DNA from: Candidatus Poribacteria bacterium
GTDB taxonomy: Bacteria; Poribacteria; WGA-4E; PCPOR2b
Reading direction: 5' to 3'
DNA length: 64,000 nt
Assembly: GCA_965198175.1 (NCBI GenBank)
Contig: OZ240245.1
Coordinates: 1,792,001-1,856,000 of the forward strand
The position numbers were made by a program, and so were the translations under genes. Position 1 is the first letter of the stretch. Every line of letters begins with the position of its first letter. Shown here one piece after another: positions 30,282 to 38,922 of this stretch. The notes beneath the pieces were generated by a model. The model saw nothing but the letters and a program-made list of their open reading frames with translations. It made no database searches and was not told the DNA's origin.

Positions 30282-30695
30282 CTAGCTATCAAATAACTTA
30301 GGCTGCTCATCAAATAACTCAAGCTGCGCAAAACTGTTTTTCTCTGCAAAGAAGTCCTCGTTAGCCTCCTCGCTTTGTTTTAACTTCTCAAGCGCCTTTT
30401 TCCGACCGTTATGGGCTTCGGCATTATCCGGTTTCAAGCATATTGCTTCGTGGAAATCCTTGACCGCTTCTCTATATCGCGCTACTTTATATTTCGCCCA
30501 ACCTCGATTGATAAAGACATCGGCATTATCCGGTTTTAATCGTACGGCTTCGTCAAAGTCCTTAATCGAGTCACTGTATTGTCGTAAATTATACTTTGCC
30601 TTACCCAAATCCCTGTAAAATGCGAAGTCCTCATCTTCGTAACCAGTCTTAACATGTGCTGTCATTTTGCCACCCCATCGTTGCCCGCAGCCCAA
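30282..30695 (-). CDS. TPR repeat protein (probable start MTAH at 30665)
   Basis: Two TPR units (DFDEAVRLKPDNA, DFHEAICLKPDNA). Confidence 0.8.
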   Translation of the reverse strand: MGCGQRWGGKMTAHVKTGYEDEDFAFYRDLGKAKYNLRQYSDSIKDFDEAVRLKPDNADVFINRGWAKYKVARYREAVKDFHEAICLKPDNAEAHNGRKKALEKLKQSEEANEDFFAEKNSFAQLELFDEQPKLFDS

Positions 30696-31456
30696 ATCCC
30701 TTTTTTGGCGGCTTGCGCTAGTCTCTCAATTTCAATAAACGTACCTTTGCCGGGATAGTCAAAATCGCGGATTGCCTTACCGTAACCTTGTCGGATAATT
30801 TCACGATTCACGAAAAGAGTGTCACGCACTCGATAAAGAAACGCCAACATCCGACGGTATCGATCCTCTTCCTCGAATCCAAAACCGAAGAAAACTCGCT
30901 CTCCTCCGAGTATGTTGGTCAGGAAGTCGGATGCTTCGCGCCCGTAATATTGGACTGGTTTATCTGGGTGCACCGTTTCAGGAGCGTCCGCGCCGAGAAG
31001 GCGAACATAGGTCTCCGTCCCGTCGTAGTTTACTACAATTGTATCCCCATCAACAACGCGAATAACCTCGTACGACACCGCACCTGCAAAATTCCACTTT
31101 CTCCGCTGATTTGGATCGGATTTAGCCCTTTTCGGATTCAAACGTTTGGCTAGGTTAATGTCCTTGACCGAGCGTTCCACATTCCCTAATTTTTCCCACG
31201 CACGCGCCCGATTTTGATAGAATCTGGCATAACCTGGATCTAAGTGGATTGCTCTATCAAAGTCCTCGATTGCGCGTTCAAATTCTCCTAATCTTTCCCA
31301 GGCACGCCCACGATTTTGATTATATTGTGCCATTTGTGGATTCAAGCGTATCGCTTCATCGAAATCCTTGATTGCACCTCGGTAATTTTTCTGGGCGTAG
31401 CACTTGAGAATTCCGCTTACGTAAAAATCTTTCGCGCTTTCCGGCTTCTTTCTCAT
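30662..31456 (-). CDS. TPR-thermonuclease (SNase) fusion protein
   Basis: Three N-terminal TPRs; VVDGDTI, VRLLGADAPET, DRYRRMLA and AKKGIW SNase motifs. Confidence 0.88.
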   Translation of the reverse strand: MRKKPESAKDFYVSGILKCYAQKNYRGAIKDFDEAIRLNPQMAQYNQNRGRAWERLGEFERAIEDFDRAIHLDPGYARFYQNRARAWEKLGNVERSVKDINLAKRLNPKRAKSDPNQRRKWNFAGAVSYEVIRVVDGDTIVVNYDGTETYVRLLGADAPETVHPDKPVQYYGREASDFLTNILGGERVFFGFGFEEEDRYRRMLAFLYRVRDTLFVNREIIRQGYGKAIRDFDYPGKGTFIEIERLAQAAKKGIWAAGNDGVAK

Positions 31457-31715
31457 TCTGACGCTTCCTCCGAGCTAGCAGCCCAAAGTCGCCTCTTTGC
31501 AGTTTGCGTTACCTTGTTTTGTTAGATAAATCTCTGTATTTTAGATAGTTAGCGTCCGATTTAACTACCATAGTGGAGCCATCAAAAGCATCTGTGCCTT
31601 AAGTACAATTCCCCTCGATTGTTCGGATTGATTTTTAAGATTATGTCATAATGGCGAAACAGAAGTCAAGGGTGAAGTCAAAAAGGAGGAGAATGTCGGG
31701 ATTCAAGGCGTTGGG

Positions 31716-33557
31716 TTATAGGCGAACGGTTCGGGTTACGTATTCGCGTTCGCGCTTTCGTTGGCGTTCTTGTGGGGTGGTGTTGATTCGTGCGCGGTTT
31801 GCGCCTTGAACGGCGTCGGGCGCGTCGTTGTGCTCTGAGGTCGGGAACTCACGGAACTGCTTCCAGAACTCCGGCGGCAAGCCGACCTCATTGAATGCGA
31901 TCCAGCCGTTCTTGATGGAAGGCTCCAGTGTTGCAATGCGCTCCTCCTTGTTTTGCGTCTGCGAGTGATAGACCAGTGTCTTCTCGAACTTGAGCTTTTC
32001 CTTAAGCGCTTTGAATGCGGCATCGTACGCTCGGACGATGGTGTAGTCTTTGTCCGGAGGCTTCTCAACCACAAAATGCGACTCCGGCACGGCTCTGGAT
32101 ATCATGGCTTCCGCACGTTGGTGGAGCAGCATTGCATTCTCGAACTGTTCGGTGATTCCTTTTCGTGCCATCCAGCAAAATAGAACATAAGCGTTAATAC
32201 CAACCATAGAGTCTGGGTTAAATTTGTGTCCGCCCGGCAGCGGCTCCCACGCGACGACGACGGCGCAGGCATAGGAATTCTGCTGCGCGTCGCGCCCGCC
32301 CATGGTGTCGAGGTAGGTGGTGAAGCCGCCAATCTGACTCCATGCTACGATGCGTTTGTCAGCATGTAACAAGCCGTCCTCGGTTAGCTTGAACGTCATG
32401 GCGTTCTCCATGTCGAACAGTGACATGCTTGGGTCGCGGGCGATGTTCTGGAGTTCTCTCATGCACAGGTGGTATCCGCGTTCAACAATCATCTTGCGGA
32501 CTTGGAGATACGGTAATGCTTCGTGCCAGAGGGCAGTAACGCCACAGTTCATATCCTCCGCATTGGCATCATAGAATTGGTTTGCCTTCGTTTCGCGTTC
32601 CCCGTCATCTAATGTCAAATCTCCATAAATTCCCTCCCATTCCTTCCATAGATGTTCGTGCGTTGGGTGGTACAGGTCTTCAGGGTCGAGGATAGCTTTG
32701 AAGTGGACGTTCTGCCAGCCTGGCGCCGTTGTTAGCCGCATGGACATGCTGTCGGGGTGTTTGACGGTATCGGCATAGATACAGTTGATGTTTCCTCCGA
32801 TGTCAGAAGTGAACATGACATCTGAAAAGAACCAATCCCAATCTTCTTCACGCAGGTCGGGGTTCATGCAGCGTTTCGGGTCTTCGAGGTCGTCGACGAT
32901 GACGAGCGACGGCCGTTTTGCGTTGACGAGCGCGCCGCGCGGGGATTGGTTGCGTCCGAGCGGAAGGAGAGTTACGCCGTTGGCGGTCTCGCATTCAACC
33001 GTTTTCCACACTGGACCGCGTAGCACTCCGAAGTCTCGGACAATTTTGGGATTTGTCATTAGACCTTTGATGTTGCGGAGAATCTTTTTTGCCATGGGTT
33101 GGTTGCGGCTGATGATGAGGATAAATTTTTCGTCCGGGACGGCTTCAGCGCGTTGAAAGGCTTTGAAACAGATACGCCAGAGCGGGTACCAGACAGCGCA
33201 GCAGGTTGTCTTTGCGGAACCGCGCGGGGCTTGGACGTTTACTCTGACACCTGTTTTGTCGTGCGGGATGAGGTTTAGCAGACGGACATGGTGGGGCTGC
33301 AGCGGCGACATCGCATCCGTGTCGAGCAGGTAACGTTCGACAAAGAGTTGCGGATAGACGTATGCGACGTGAACGCGGCTCTCGCGGTTGTTAGCACGTA
33401 GCCGGGCTTCTTCGAGCGACAGGTTTCGAAATTCCCGAATCAGATTTAGGTTCGGTCGGACCGTCGTTTTAGTCCTCTTCCGGATCGGGCTGATTAGAAA
33501 AGTATGTGAAGATGTTGAGATTCTTTGCATAGAATTCGAGAAACAGTTTGTGTACAC
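31716..33557 (-). CDS. Phage terminase large subunit (start uncertain)
   Basis: Walker A APRGSAKTT, Walker B LVIVDDLED after RG...RP, and an RNase-H-like C-terminus (YLDT, KEERI, HNDAPDA). Confidence 0.85.
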   Translation of the reverse strand: MYTNCFSNSMQRISTSSHTFLISPIRKRTKTTVRPNLNLIREFRNLSLEEARLRANNRESRVHVAYVYPQLFVERYLLDTDAMSPLQPHHVRLLNLIPHDKTGVRVNVQAPRGSAKTTCCAVWYPLWRICFKAFQRAEAVPDEKFILIISRNQPMAKKILRNIKGLMTNPKIVRDFGVLRGPVWKTVECETANGVTLLPLGRNQSPRGALVNAKRPSLVIVDDLEDPKRCMNPDLREEDWDWFFSDVMFTSDIGGNINCIYADTVKHPDSMSMRLTTAPGWQNVHFKAILDPEDLYHPTHEHLWKEWEGIYGDLTLDDGERETKANQFYDANAEDMNCGVTALWHEALPYLQVRKMIVERGYHLCMRELQNIARDPSMSLFDMENAMTFKLTEDGLLHADKRIVAWSQIGGFTTYLDTMGGRDAQQNSYACAVVVAWEPLPGGHKFNPDSMVGINAYVLFCWMARKGITEQFENAMLLHQRAEAMISRAVPESHFVVEKPPDKDYTIVRAYDAAFKALKEKLKFEKTLVYHSQTQNKEERIATLEPSIKNGWIAFNEVGLPPEFWKQFREFPTSEHNDAPDAVQGANRARINTTPQERQRKREREYVTRTVRL

Positions 33558-33987
33558 GTGCGCGGTGCAGCAGGTTTAATTGTTCGGAGGTATTTATCTG
33601 GCTTGCGAGTTGGTTGGCTTCTTGGAACCAATTGATGGTTTGAACGATTTGCGGCATTGTTTGGGCAAGCGCTATGTCCAGCATTTTTGAAAATTCTTCA
33701 CGGATGGCGTCGCCGAATTTTTCTCTATTGAAGCGGCGGTTGTGCGGGTTGCAGTTCCGGATTGCGTTTCGAATGTCGGTTTCGTCGGCGGTTCTATCGG
33801 ACTCGGGGTCGCCCTCGTGACGTTGGCACTTTGGGAAGCGCTCATACAGCGAATTGACGACAGCACCAACACCGGTCGCGACGATGTCGCATGCGATTTC
33901 GGTTTTTAGGGCGTCGTCTTTGAGTTTGGTCGCCCATTTATAGCGTCTCACGGTTTTTTTGAGTTTGTCATGCATTTTTCCCTCCAT
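33469..33987 (-). CDS. Hypothetical helical protein, candidate terminase small subunit
   Basis: Size and position directly upstream of terL; no diagnostic motif recognised. Confidence 0.5.
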   Translation of the reverse strand: MEGKMHDKLKKTVRRYKWATKLKDDALKTEIACDIVATGVGAVVNSLYERFPKCQRHEGDPESDRTADETDIRNAIRNCNPHNRRFNREKFGDAIREEFSKMLDIALAQTMPQIVQTINWFQEANQLASQINTSEQLNLLHRARVHKLFLEFYAKNLNIFTYFSNQPDPEED

Positions 33988-34160
33988 TTTTAATCCATTT
34001 TAGCATTCACATTTCAGATTTTTTCGGAGCGTGATTGCGTCATAGCGCGGGTTCCCGGGATTTAAGAGTTTAGATGAATGGATTAAGAACGAATACGCTA
34101 AATCAGTAAAGCCTGTTGTGGAGCGGTTTCGGGCGATCTGACATTTTTGGTAATCCATTT

Positions 34161-34352
34161 TTAATCCATTTTCGGCACGTAGCGCGTCACAACTTCGACC
34201 ACGGTTTTCAAAAAAAAAAATAACCCCACAGCGGCAGCAGTTGGCAGAAGCCGTGAAACTTCTGCGGCGGGCGATTTCAAAGACGCGATCGATAGCGCCT
34301 TTTGAATCGAACCGTCGCGGAACATAAACGCAACTTGGTTTGTCAGGGACAT
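34161..34352 (-). CDS. Small leader ORF with strong SD, containing a hairpin and T11 tract
   Basis: taaggaggacatacaATG translation start. Confidence 0.55.
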   Translation of the reverse strand: MSLTNQVAFMFRDGSIQKALSIASLKSPAAEVSRLLPTAAAVGLFFFLKTVVEVVTRYVPKMD

Positions 34353-34386
34353 TGTATGTCCTCCTTAATAAGCCGCGTCGGGAAAC

Positions 34387-34438
34387 AAAAAAACCCGTAG
34401 CGGCAGCGTTAAATGTTAAGAGCTGCCTCTACGGGTTT
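34387..34438 (-). terminator. Intrinsic terminator/attenuator hairpin
   Basis: aaacccgtagaggcagc-N14-gctgccgctacggg followed by T7. Confidence 0.7.
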
Positions 34439-34559
34439 GCCCTTGTTAAAACGATAGAGTGAAGATATAAGGTTTTAGACCTTTCGCCATCGTGTAAGCT
34501 ACCTCTACGGGGTTAGCGCCTACCGGGCGTTATTTGGTTAAAACAGATGTTACAATACA

Positions 34560-34588
34560 ATAATACAACACGAATTCGAAAGTGTCAA
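34560..34588 (-). promoter_or_regulatory. Sigma70-type promoter
   Basis: TTGACA-N17-TATTAT on the minus strand. Confidence 0.7.
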
Positions 34589-34788
34589 GAGCTTTTAAGT
34601 CGGCTATTAAAGGATGTCAAGTTAAGTATGCGTCTTTTTGCAATTTTTCGTCTTTTTTTCAAAATGTTGCTTGGCATGACGCAAAATATTTTTTCGACGG
34701 TCGATTTTTTTCCAGCGTTTCAAGTTGAATTTCTGATTTCATTCCAACCTACTCGGCAAAAAACAAGGGAAAAAAGTTGAAAATGAGG

Positions 34789-34818
34789 TAGACAAAGTAA
34801 ACATGTGTATAGTATAAT
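34789..34818 (+). promoter_or_regulatory. Sigma70-type promoter, divergent from the one at 34560-34588
   Basis: TAGACA-N18-TATAAT. Confidence 0.5.
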
Positions 34819-34875
34819 TTAATGGCTACGTTTCGACAATTAACTAACTTTCTCATTTCGGAAGGGGATTTTACT

Positions 34876-35289
34876 ATGTGGAAGAAGATAGAAGTTACTC
34901 AGGAAGACATTGACCGCGGGCGGATTGCGGACCCTCGCAACTGTGCTATCGCTGTGGTATTGAAAGATGAAGAGGCGTACGAAATTTCAGTGGCGGGCTT
35001 TATTGTGATTGGGAAAGACGGTTACAAAGCGACACCAGAGGTTCGTCGCTGGATAAGTGCCTTCGATAGGGGCAAAGCCGTCAAGCCGATTACCATTGAG
35101 TTTGTGCCGTATAAATTTGGGGAAACCCCTAATGGCGGCACGTATAATCGCGGCAAAGGTCGGGACCCGGTTTTCATCTGCGGCGAGGCGCGTATGGCGG
35201 GCGAGGACAATAGCCCGGTCCCCCTAAGCAAAAAGCAACTACATGCTGATGCGGAGCATCTGGCTGCGTTCATAGGCAAAAAGGGCTGA
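34876..35289 (+). CDS. Hypothetical protein (phage-like)
   Basis: SD gaagggga before ATG 34876; KIEVTQEDIDRG...NCAIAV. Confidence 0.65.
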   Translation: MWKKIEVTQEDIDRGRIADPRNCAIAVVLKDEEAYEISVAGFIVIGKDGYKATPEVRRWISAFDRGKAVKPITIEFVPYKFGETPNGGTYNRGKGRDPVFICGEARMAGEDNSPVPLSKKQLHADAEHLAAFIGKKG

Positions 35290-35496
35290 AATGCATGCTT
35301 GGCAGCAGTCAATCCAAGAGAAACAAGCGCGTATGCGGGAACTGCTGGGAGGACACCGTCAATGGCGGTCACAAACCTAATTAACAACAACTTTAGTGTA
35401 CAGTGAAGGCCGAGGAGCGTGGCTAGTTGCCAGTGATCAGTAAAAAAACAGGTCACCAGCCGCTAGCCACCGTTTCTCAACAAAGGAGGATTTGCA

Positions 35497-36351
35497 ATGA
35501 ATACGAAACACTATCTGATTATAAGCGGAATTGTTGGTGGCGTAATAGGGAGTTTGTTGACGGCGTTGTTGGTGCCGCCGGTAACGGCGGAGCGGGATAA
35601 GTTTGGGGAGATTGAGTGTAGGAGTTTAAGGGTTGTTGACAAGCATGGGCAAGCACGGGTTCTCCTAACTACCGATATTCTTGATGTGGCTAAAGACTTC
35701 CGTTCTGGCGAATTGATGGTATTGATCCTTGGCACAGGAATCGGGGGGCGTGTTGTTACCTATGGAAAAAATGGTGAAGCGAGCGAATCGCTATCTTCAT
35801 CTGTGTATGATTACGGAGGGTATGTGAGCGTATTTGACAAAAATGGGTATCCGCAGGTGGATCTCAAAGTAGATAAAAACGGGGACGGTGTAGTCACCGT
35901 TGGTGAAGAAGGGAAGCCAGAAGTGATCATCAGTAGCAGTGGGCATGGCGGGTTAGTTTCTGCCTATGGCAGAGATGGAAAGGCGGGGGCGACGCTCGCT
36001 ATCGCTGAGCATGGTGGTTTTGTCTACACCTGCGACAGAGAAGGACAATCATCGGCGTCGCTGGGCAATGATGAACACGGTGGGCGGGTCGATGCCTATG
36101 GCAAGGACGGAAAATCGTCGGCGGGAATGACTATCAATGAACGTGGCGGGGCTGTCAGTGTATTCGGCAAAGACGGAGTATCCTGCAAAGACGGAAAACG
36201 GAGTATATCGTCGGCGATACTTGGTATCACTGAACACGGCGGGCAGGTCGAAGTATTCGGCAAAGGCGAGGGTAAGGCGGGAATGGGCATCAACGAATAC
36301 GGCAACGGCGTGGTGGCCACTTACGATAAAAACGGGTATAGGCAGAAATAA
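35497..36351 (+). CDS. Membrane-anchored Gly-rich ~23-aa repeat protein
   Basis: SD aaggagg; N-terminal TM helix; repeats of GGxVxxYGKDGKxxA. Confidence 0.8.
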   Translation: MNTKHYLIISGIVGGVIGSLLTALLVPPVTAERDKFGEIECRSLRVVDKHGQARVLLTTDILDVAKDFRSGELMVLILGTGIGGRVVTYGKNGEASESLSSSVYDYGGYVSVFDKNGYPQVDLKVDKNGDGVVTVGEEGKPEVIISSSGHGGLVSAYGRDGKAGATLAIAEHGGFVYTCDREGQSSASLGNDEHGGRVDAYGKDGKSSAGMTINERGGAVSVFGKDGVSCKDGKRSISSAILGITEHGGQVEVFGKGEGKAGMGINEYGNGVVATYDKNGYRQK

Positions 36352-36381
36352 CGCAAAACTCAAACACTGGGAGGAATTCTG

Positions 36382-36489
36382 ATGAAGTCAACAAGAGGAA
36401 AATTGGCAATTGTCGCGGTTGGATGTATAATCGCGTTAGCTGGGGTATTGGGCGGGTGTAGTCTGACGATTCAATCTACGATTGAATAG
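36382..36489 (+). pseudogene. Truncated lipoprotein (signal peptide plus ~10 residues)
   Basis: ggagga SD; MKSTRGKLAIVAVGCIIALAGVLGGCSLTIQSTIE*; abuts a repeat cluster. Confidence 0.5.
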
Positions 36490-36694
36490 ATTGCGGATTC
36501 AGATGTGATTTCGGATGGGGCGCGGTCGAAAAGCTCTCGACCCCCTCTTGCTCCCCCTTGGCAAGGGGGAGGATTTGATGAGTGGAGAAGACTATCGCAG
36601 TCGCTATTCGCTCCTTTGATCGTTGGGTTTCGCGAGCCCGTTCAACCCAACCTACAAAAGCTGTTCGGTCGGTTGATTCTACGAGAACTACAAG
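36490..36694. repeat. Composite repeat (CCCCCTT/AAGGGGG hairpin, 31-nt cassette, REP); related copy at 37683-37933
   Basis: Shared blocks attgc.gattcagat...ctccccctt.gcaagggggagga and ttgatcgttgggtttcgcgagcccg.tcaacccaacctaca. Confidence 0.85.
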
Positions 36695-36726
36695 CACTAA
36701 CGCCGCAGAATTCGCCGCAGACCGCG

Positions 36727-37518
36727 TCATGGATTCATCGGCGAGACGGTATTTTGAATTCCGCCCATCAACGCTATGATTTCGCGCTCACTTAGCGCAA
36801 CGTTGAAGACGGCGAACTCGTCGATAATTCCGCCGAACGTACCTCCAGGAGTACCACCCAACAAGGATCTAGGCCGCCCACCGATGTGCAAATCCGCAGC
36901 ACGGGGAGAATATTGACCCGCACTCTTATACCACGCCACTTCGAATCCATTCCTGTAGATTTTCATGAAATTTTGGCTCGCGCTGCATACAAATGCCCAA
37001 TGTTCCCACCTGCCTAGAGTTTCCGAGGGACGATGCATCCAAATCTGTTCCCGACCAAATTGCCAGTGAGTCGTGTTCGGATTGGGTCTATTCCACGGGA
37101 AGTGCACGGTAAAGCGATCGACGATGTCGGGTCTCCAATGACCAGTTCGGCTAATTGGAACCAAACTGAAAAGGTCGTGATTTTTGATTTCTTCAAGTTT
37201 GACCCATGCCGCGACGGTCACTTCGCTGCCGGGAACAGACTCACCAAAATTAGGGACGACGACGACATCACCGGCACCATCAAATTGTAAAGCTGTGCCA
37301 AACTTGCCGGGGACTCGTGTGGGGTGTTCTCTCAAGCTCCCATCGTGTCCATTGCCGGACGAATCAATGGCGATTTGGTCGTGGTCCTCGTCAAAAAGCC
37401 ACATGGCGACAATCTTCTCAGGGCTAATCATGGGGTAGTTGGACGACATCTGCTTTGCGCATCCGGTTGCAAAGCATAGAAACGGAATATATAAAACACA
37501 GAATCTATTTAGCTTCAA
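36727..37518 (-). CDS. LamG-like lipoprotein
   Basis: Lipobox FATGC; GKFGTALQFDG, WEHWAFV and GIIDEFAVFN. Confidence 0.85.
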   Translation of the reverse strand: MKLNRFCVLYIPFLCFATGCAKQMSSNYPMISPEKIVAMWLFDEDHDQIAIDSSGNGHDGSLREHPTRVPGKFGTALQFDGAGDVVVVPNFGESVPGSEVTVAAWVKLEEIKNHDLFSLVPISRTGHWRPDIVDRFTVHFPWNRPNPNTTHWQFGREQIWMHRPSETLGRWEHWAFVCSASQNFMKIYRNGFEVAWYKSAGQYSPRAADLHIGGRPRSLLGGTPGGTFGGIIDEFAVFNVALSEREIIALMGGIQNTVSPMNP

Positions 37519-37682
37519 TTTGAACCTCTCCTTTCGTTCGGTACCGCAATTCTAATGGCGCGGTTCATGACATAGAATTTAAGATTACGCACATCTGTAT
37601 TGGCGCTGTCATGGGGGATTTTTCTTTGGCAACTAGAATCTGTAGATTTTTTGGATTTTTCGCCCCAAAAGGTGCAATCCAA

Positions 37683-37933
37683 GTTGATCGTTGGGTTTCG
37701 CGAGCCCGCTCAACCCAACCTACAAGAGCTAGATTGCAGATTCAGATTTGATTTTGGATTTAGCGCGGGTGCAAAGTACCCGACCCCCTCTCGCTCCCCC
37801 TTAGCAAGGGGGAGGATATGATGAGCGGGGAATACTATCGCCCTCGTTATTCACTCGGTTGATCGCTTTAACCCAACCTACAAAAGATTGATCTATCCGC
37901 TGAGTTAATCTTATCCCAACCTACAAGAACTAC
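37683..37933. repeat. Composite repeat, second copy
   Basis: Three acccaacctac/tcccaacctac ends, cassette at 37834-37864, CCCCCTT/AAGGGGG hairpin. Confidence 0.85.
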
Positions 37934-38739
37934 GATTCATTGAGGGGGGAGAAGAAGTCGAGGAATTCGAGGCGTTGGCGCCATCGCAATCGTCTGGGGC
38001 TGGCGTCTGGAGCCGACCACCAGGCTGCATCGTACCATGAACCAACAGGCAGGTCGAACTTTTCGAGATCGGATTTCTTTCGTTTGTGAAACGCCCAACG
38101 AAGCGCTTTTTCTTCTTCAGGGTTTGTGGGGTTGTGGTAATACACAACAGCGCCGAGGCACCGATCATCTCGACCGCCGCGGCTGGCATGCGAGAGGCGA
38201 TGGTCGAAGACAATGACATCGCCCGGCTGTGATTCGATGCTGAAGCCGGGCACCTCATCTATAGAGGCGCCATCGGTATTTTGGTGCGCCCTCCTGAACT
38301 CGCGCATCTGATCGAAGTAGGGACGATGATGCGAGCCGGGGACAACCCGAAGCGCTCCGTTCGCGGCGGTGAGGGAATCGAAATAGAAGACAAACTTTAC
38401 GCCGTATTGATGGTAGCTGTCGGTATCCGCATGCCAAGGGGTATTGCCGACATGACGATTACCTGTCGCATTGATGCCGAGGATGTCCGGTCCTCCGAGC
38501 GACTCGGCGACCGTGATGAAGCGCGCGTCTTCGAGCAGGGACGCAAAGAACGGGGTGTTCGTTTCCATCAGGTAGGTGTGGTGCATCTGCGTGCCGTCGA
38601 AGGGCGCATGACGGTACTTACTCTCAAGCCCGACTTCAAACTCGCGGCGCAGCGTGTCCATTTCGGCGGCGTCAAACAGACGACGCAACAGCACGAATCC
38701 GAAAGAATCAAAGTGTTGTCGTTGTCTTTGCGATAACAT
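37930..38739 (-). CDS. PhyH-family Fe(II)/2OG dioxygenase
   Basis: WHAD, LRVVPGSH and PGDVIVFDHRLSHAS. Confidence 0.9.
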   Translation of the reverse strand: MLSQRQRQHFDSFGFVLLRRLFDAAEMDTLRREFEVGLESKYRHAPFDGTQMHHTYLMETNTPFFASLLEDARFITVAESLGGPDILGINATGNRHVGNTPWHADTDSYHQYGVKFVFYFDSLTAANGALRVVPGSHHRPYFDQMREFRRAHQNTDGASIDEVPGFSIESQPGDVIVFDHRLSHASRGGRDDRCLGAVVYYHNPTNPEEEKALRWAFHKRKKSDLEKFDLPVGSWYDAAWWSAPDASPRRLRWRQRLEFLDFFSPLNES

Positions 38740-38922
38740 AATTATTGGTAAGCGTTTACACGCATGTTAATTCGATTACCATTGGCAATTATAGTTACTG
38801 CAACTAAAAGCACACATTACCTTCAATCCGGTCAAACTGGGGTGTCAACCCCCCTAGCCCCCCTTATCAGGGGGGTACATGTGTAAACCATCCTCGTTGC
38901 GTTAGGATTAGCAGCGGAAATT

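Noticed and set aside
34210..34220. A11 tract as a phase-variation switch
   Set aside because: Better explained as a terminator U tract after a hairpin; length variation cannot be assessed without reads.
36690..36730. UGA readthrough of the LamG lipoprotein
   Set aside because: The continuation (RGLRRILRR*) does not restore the family tail, and the context is not Cys-like.
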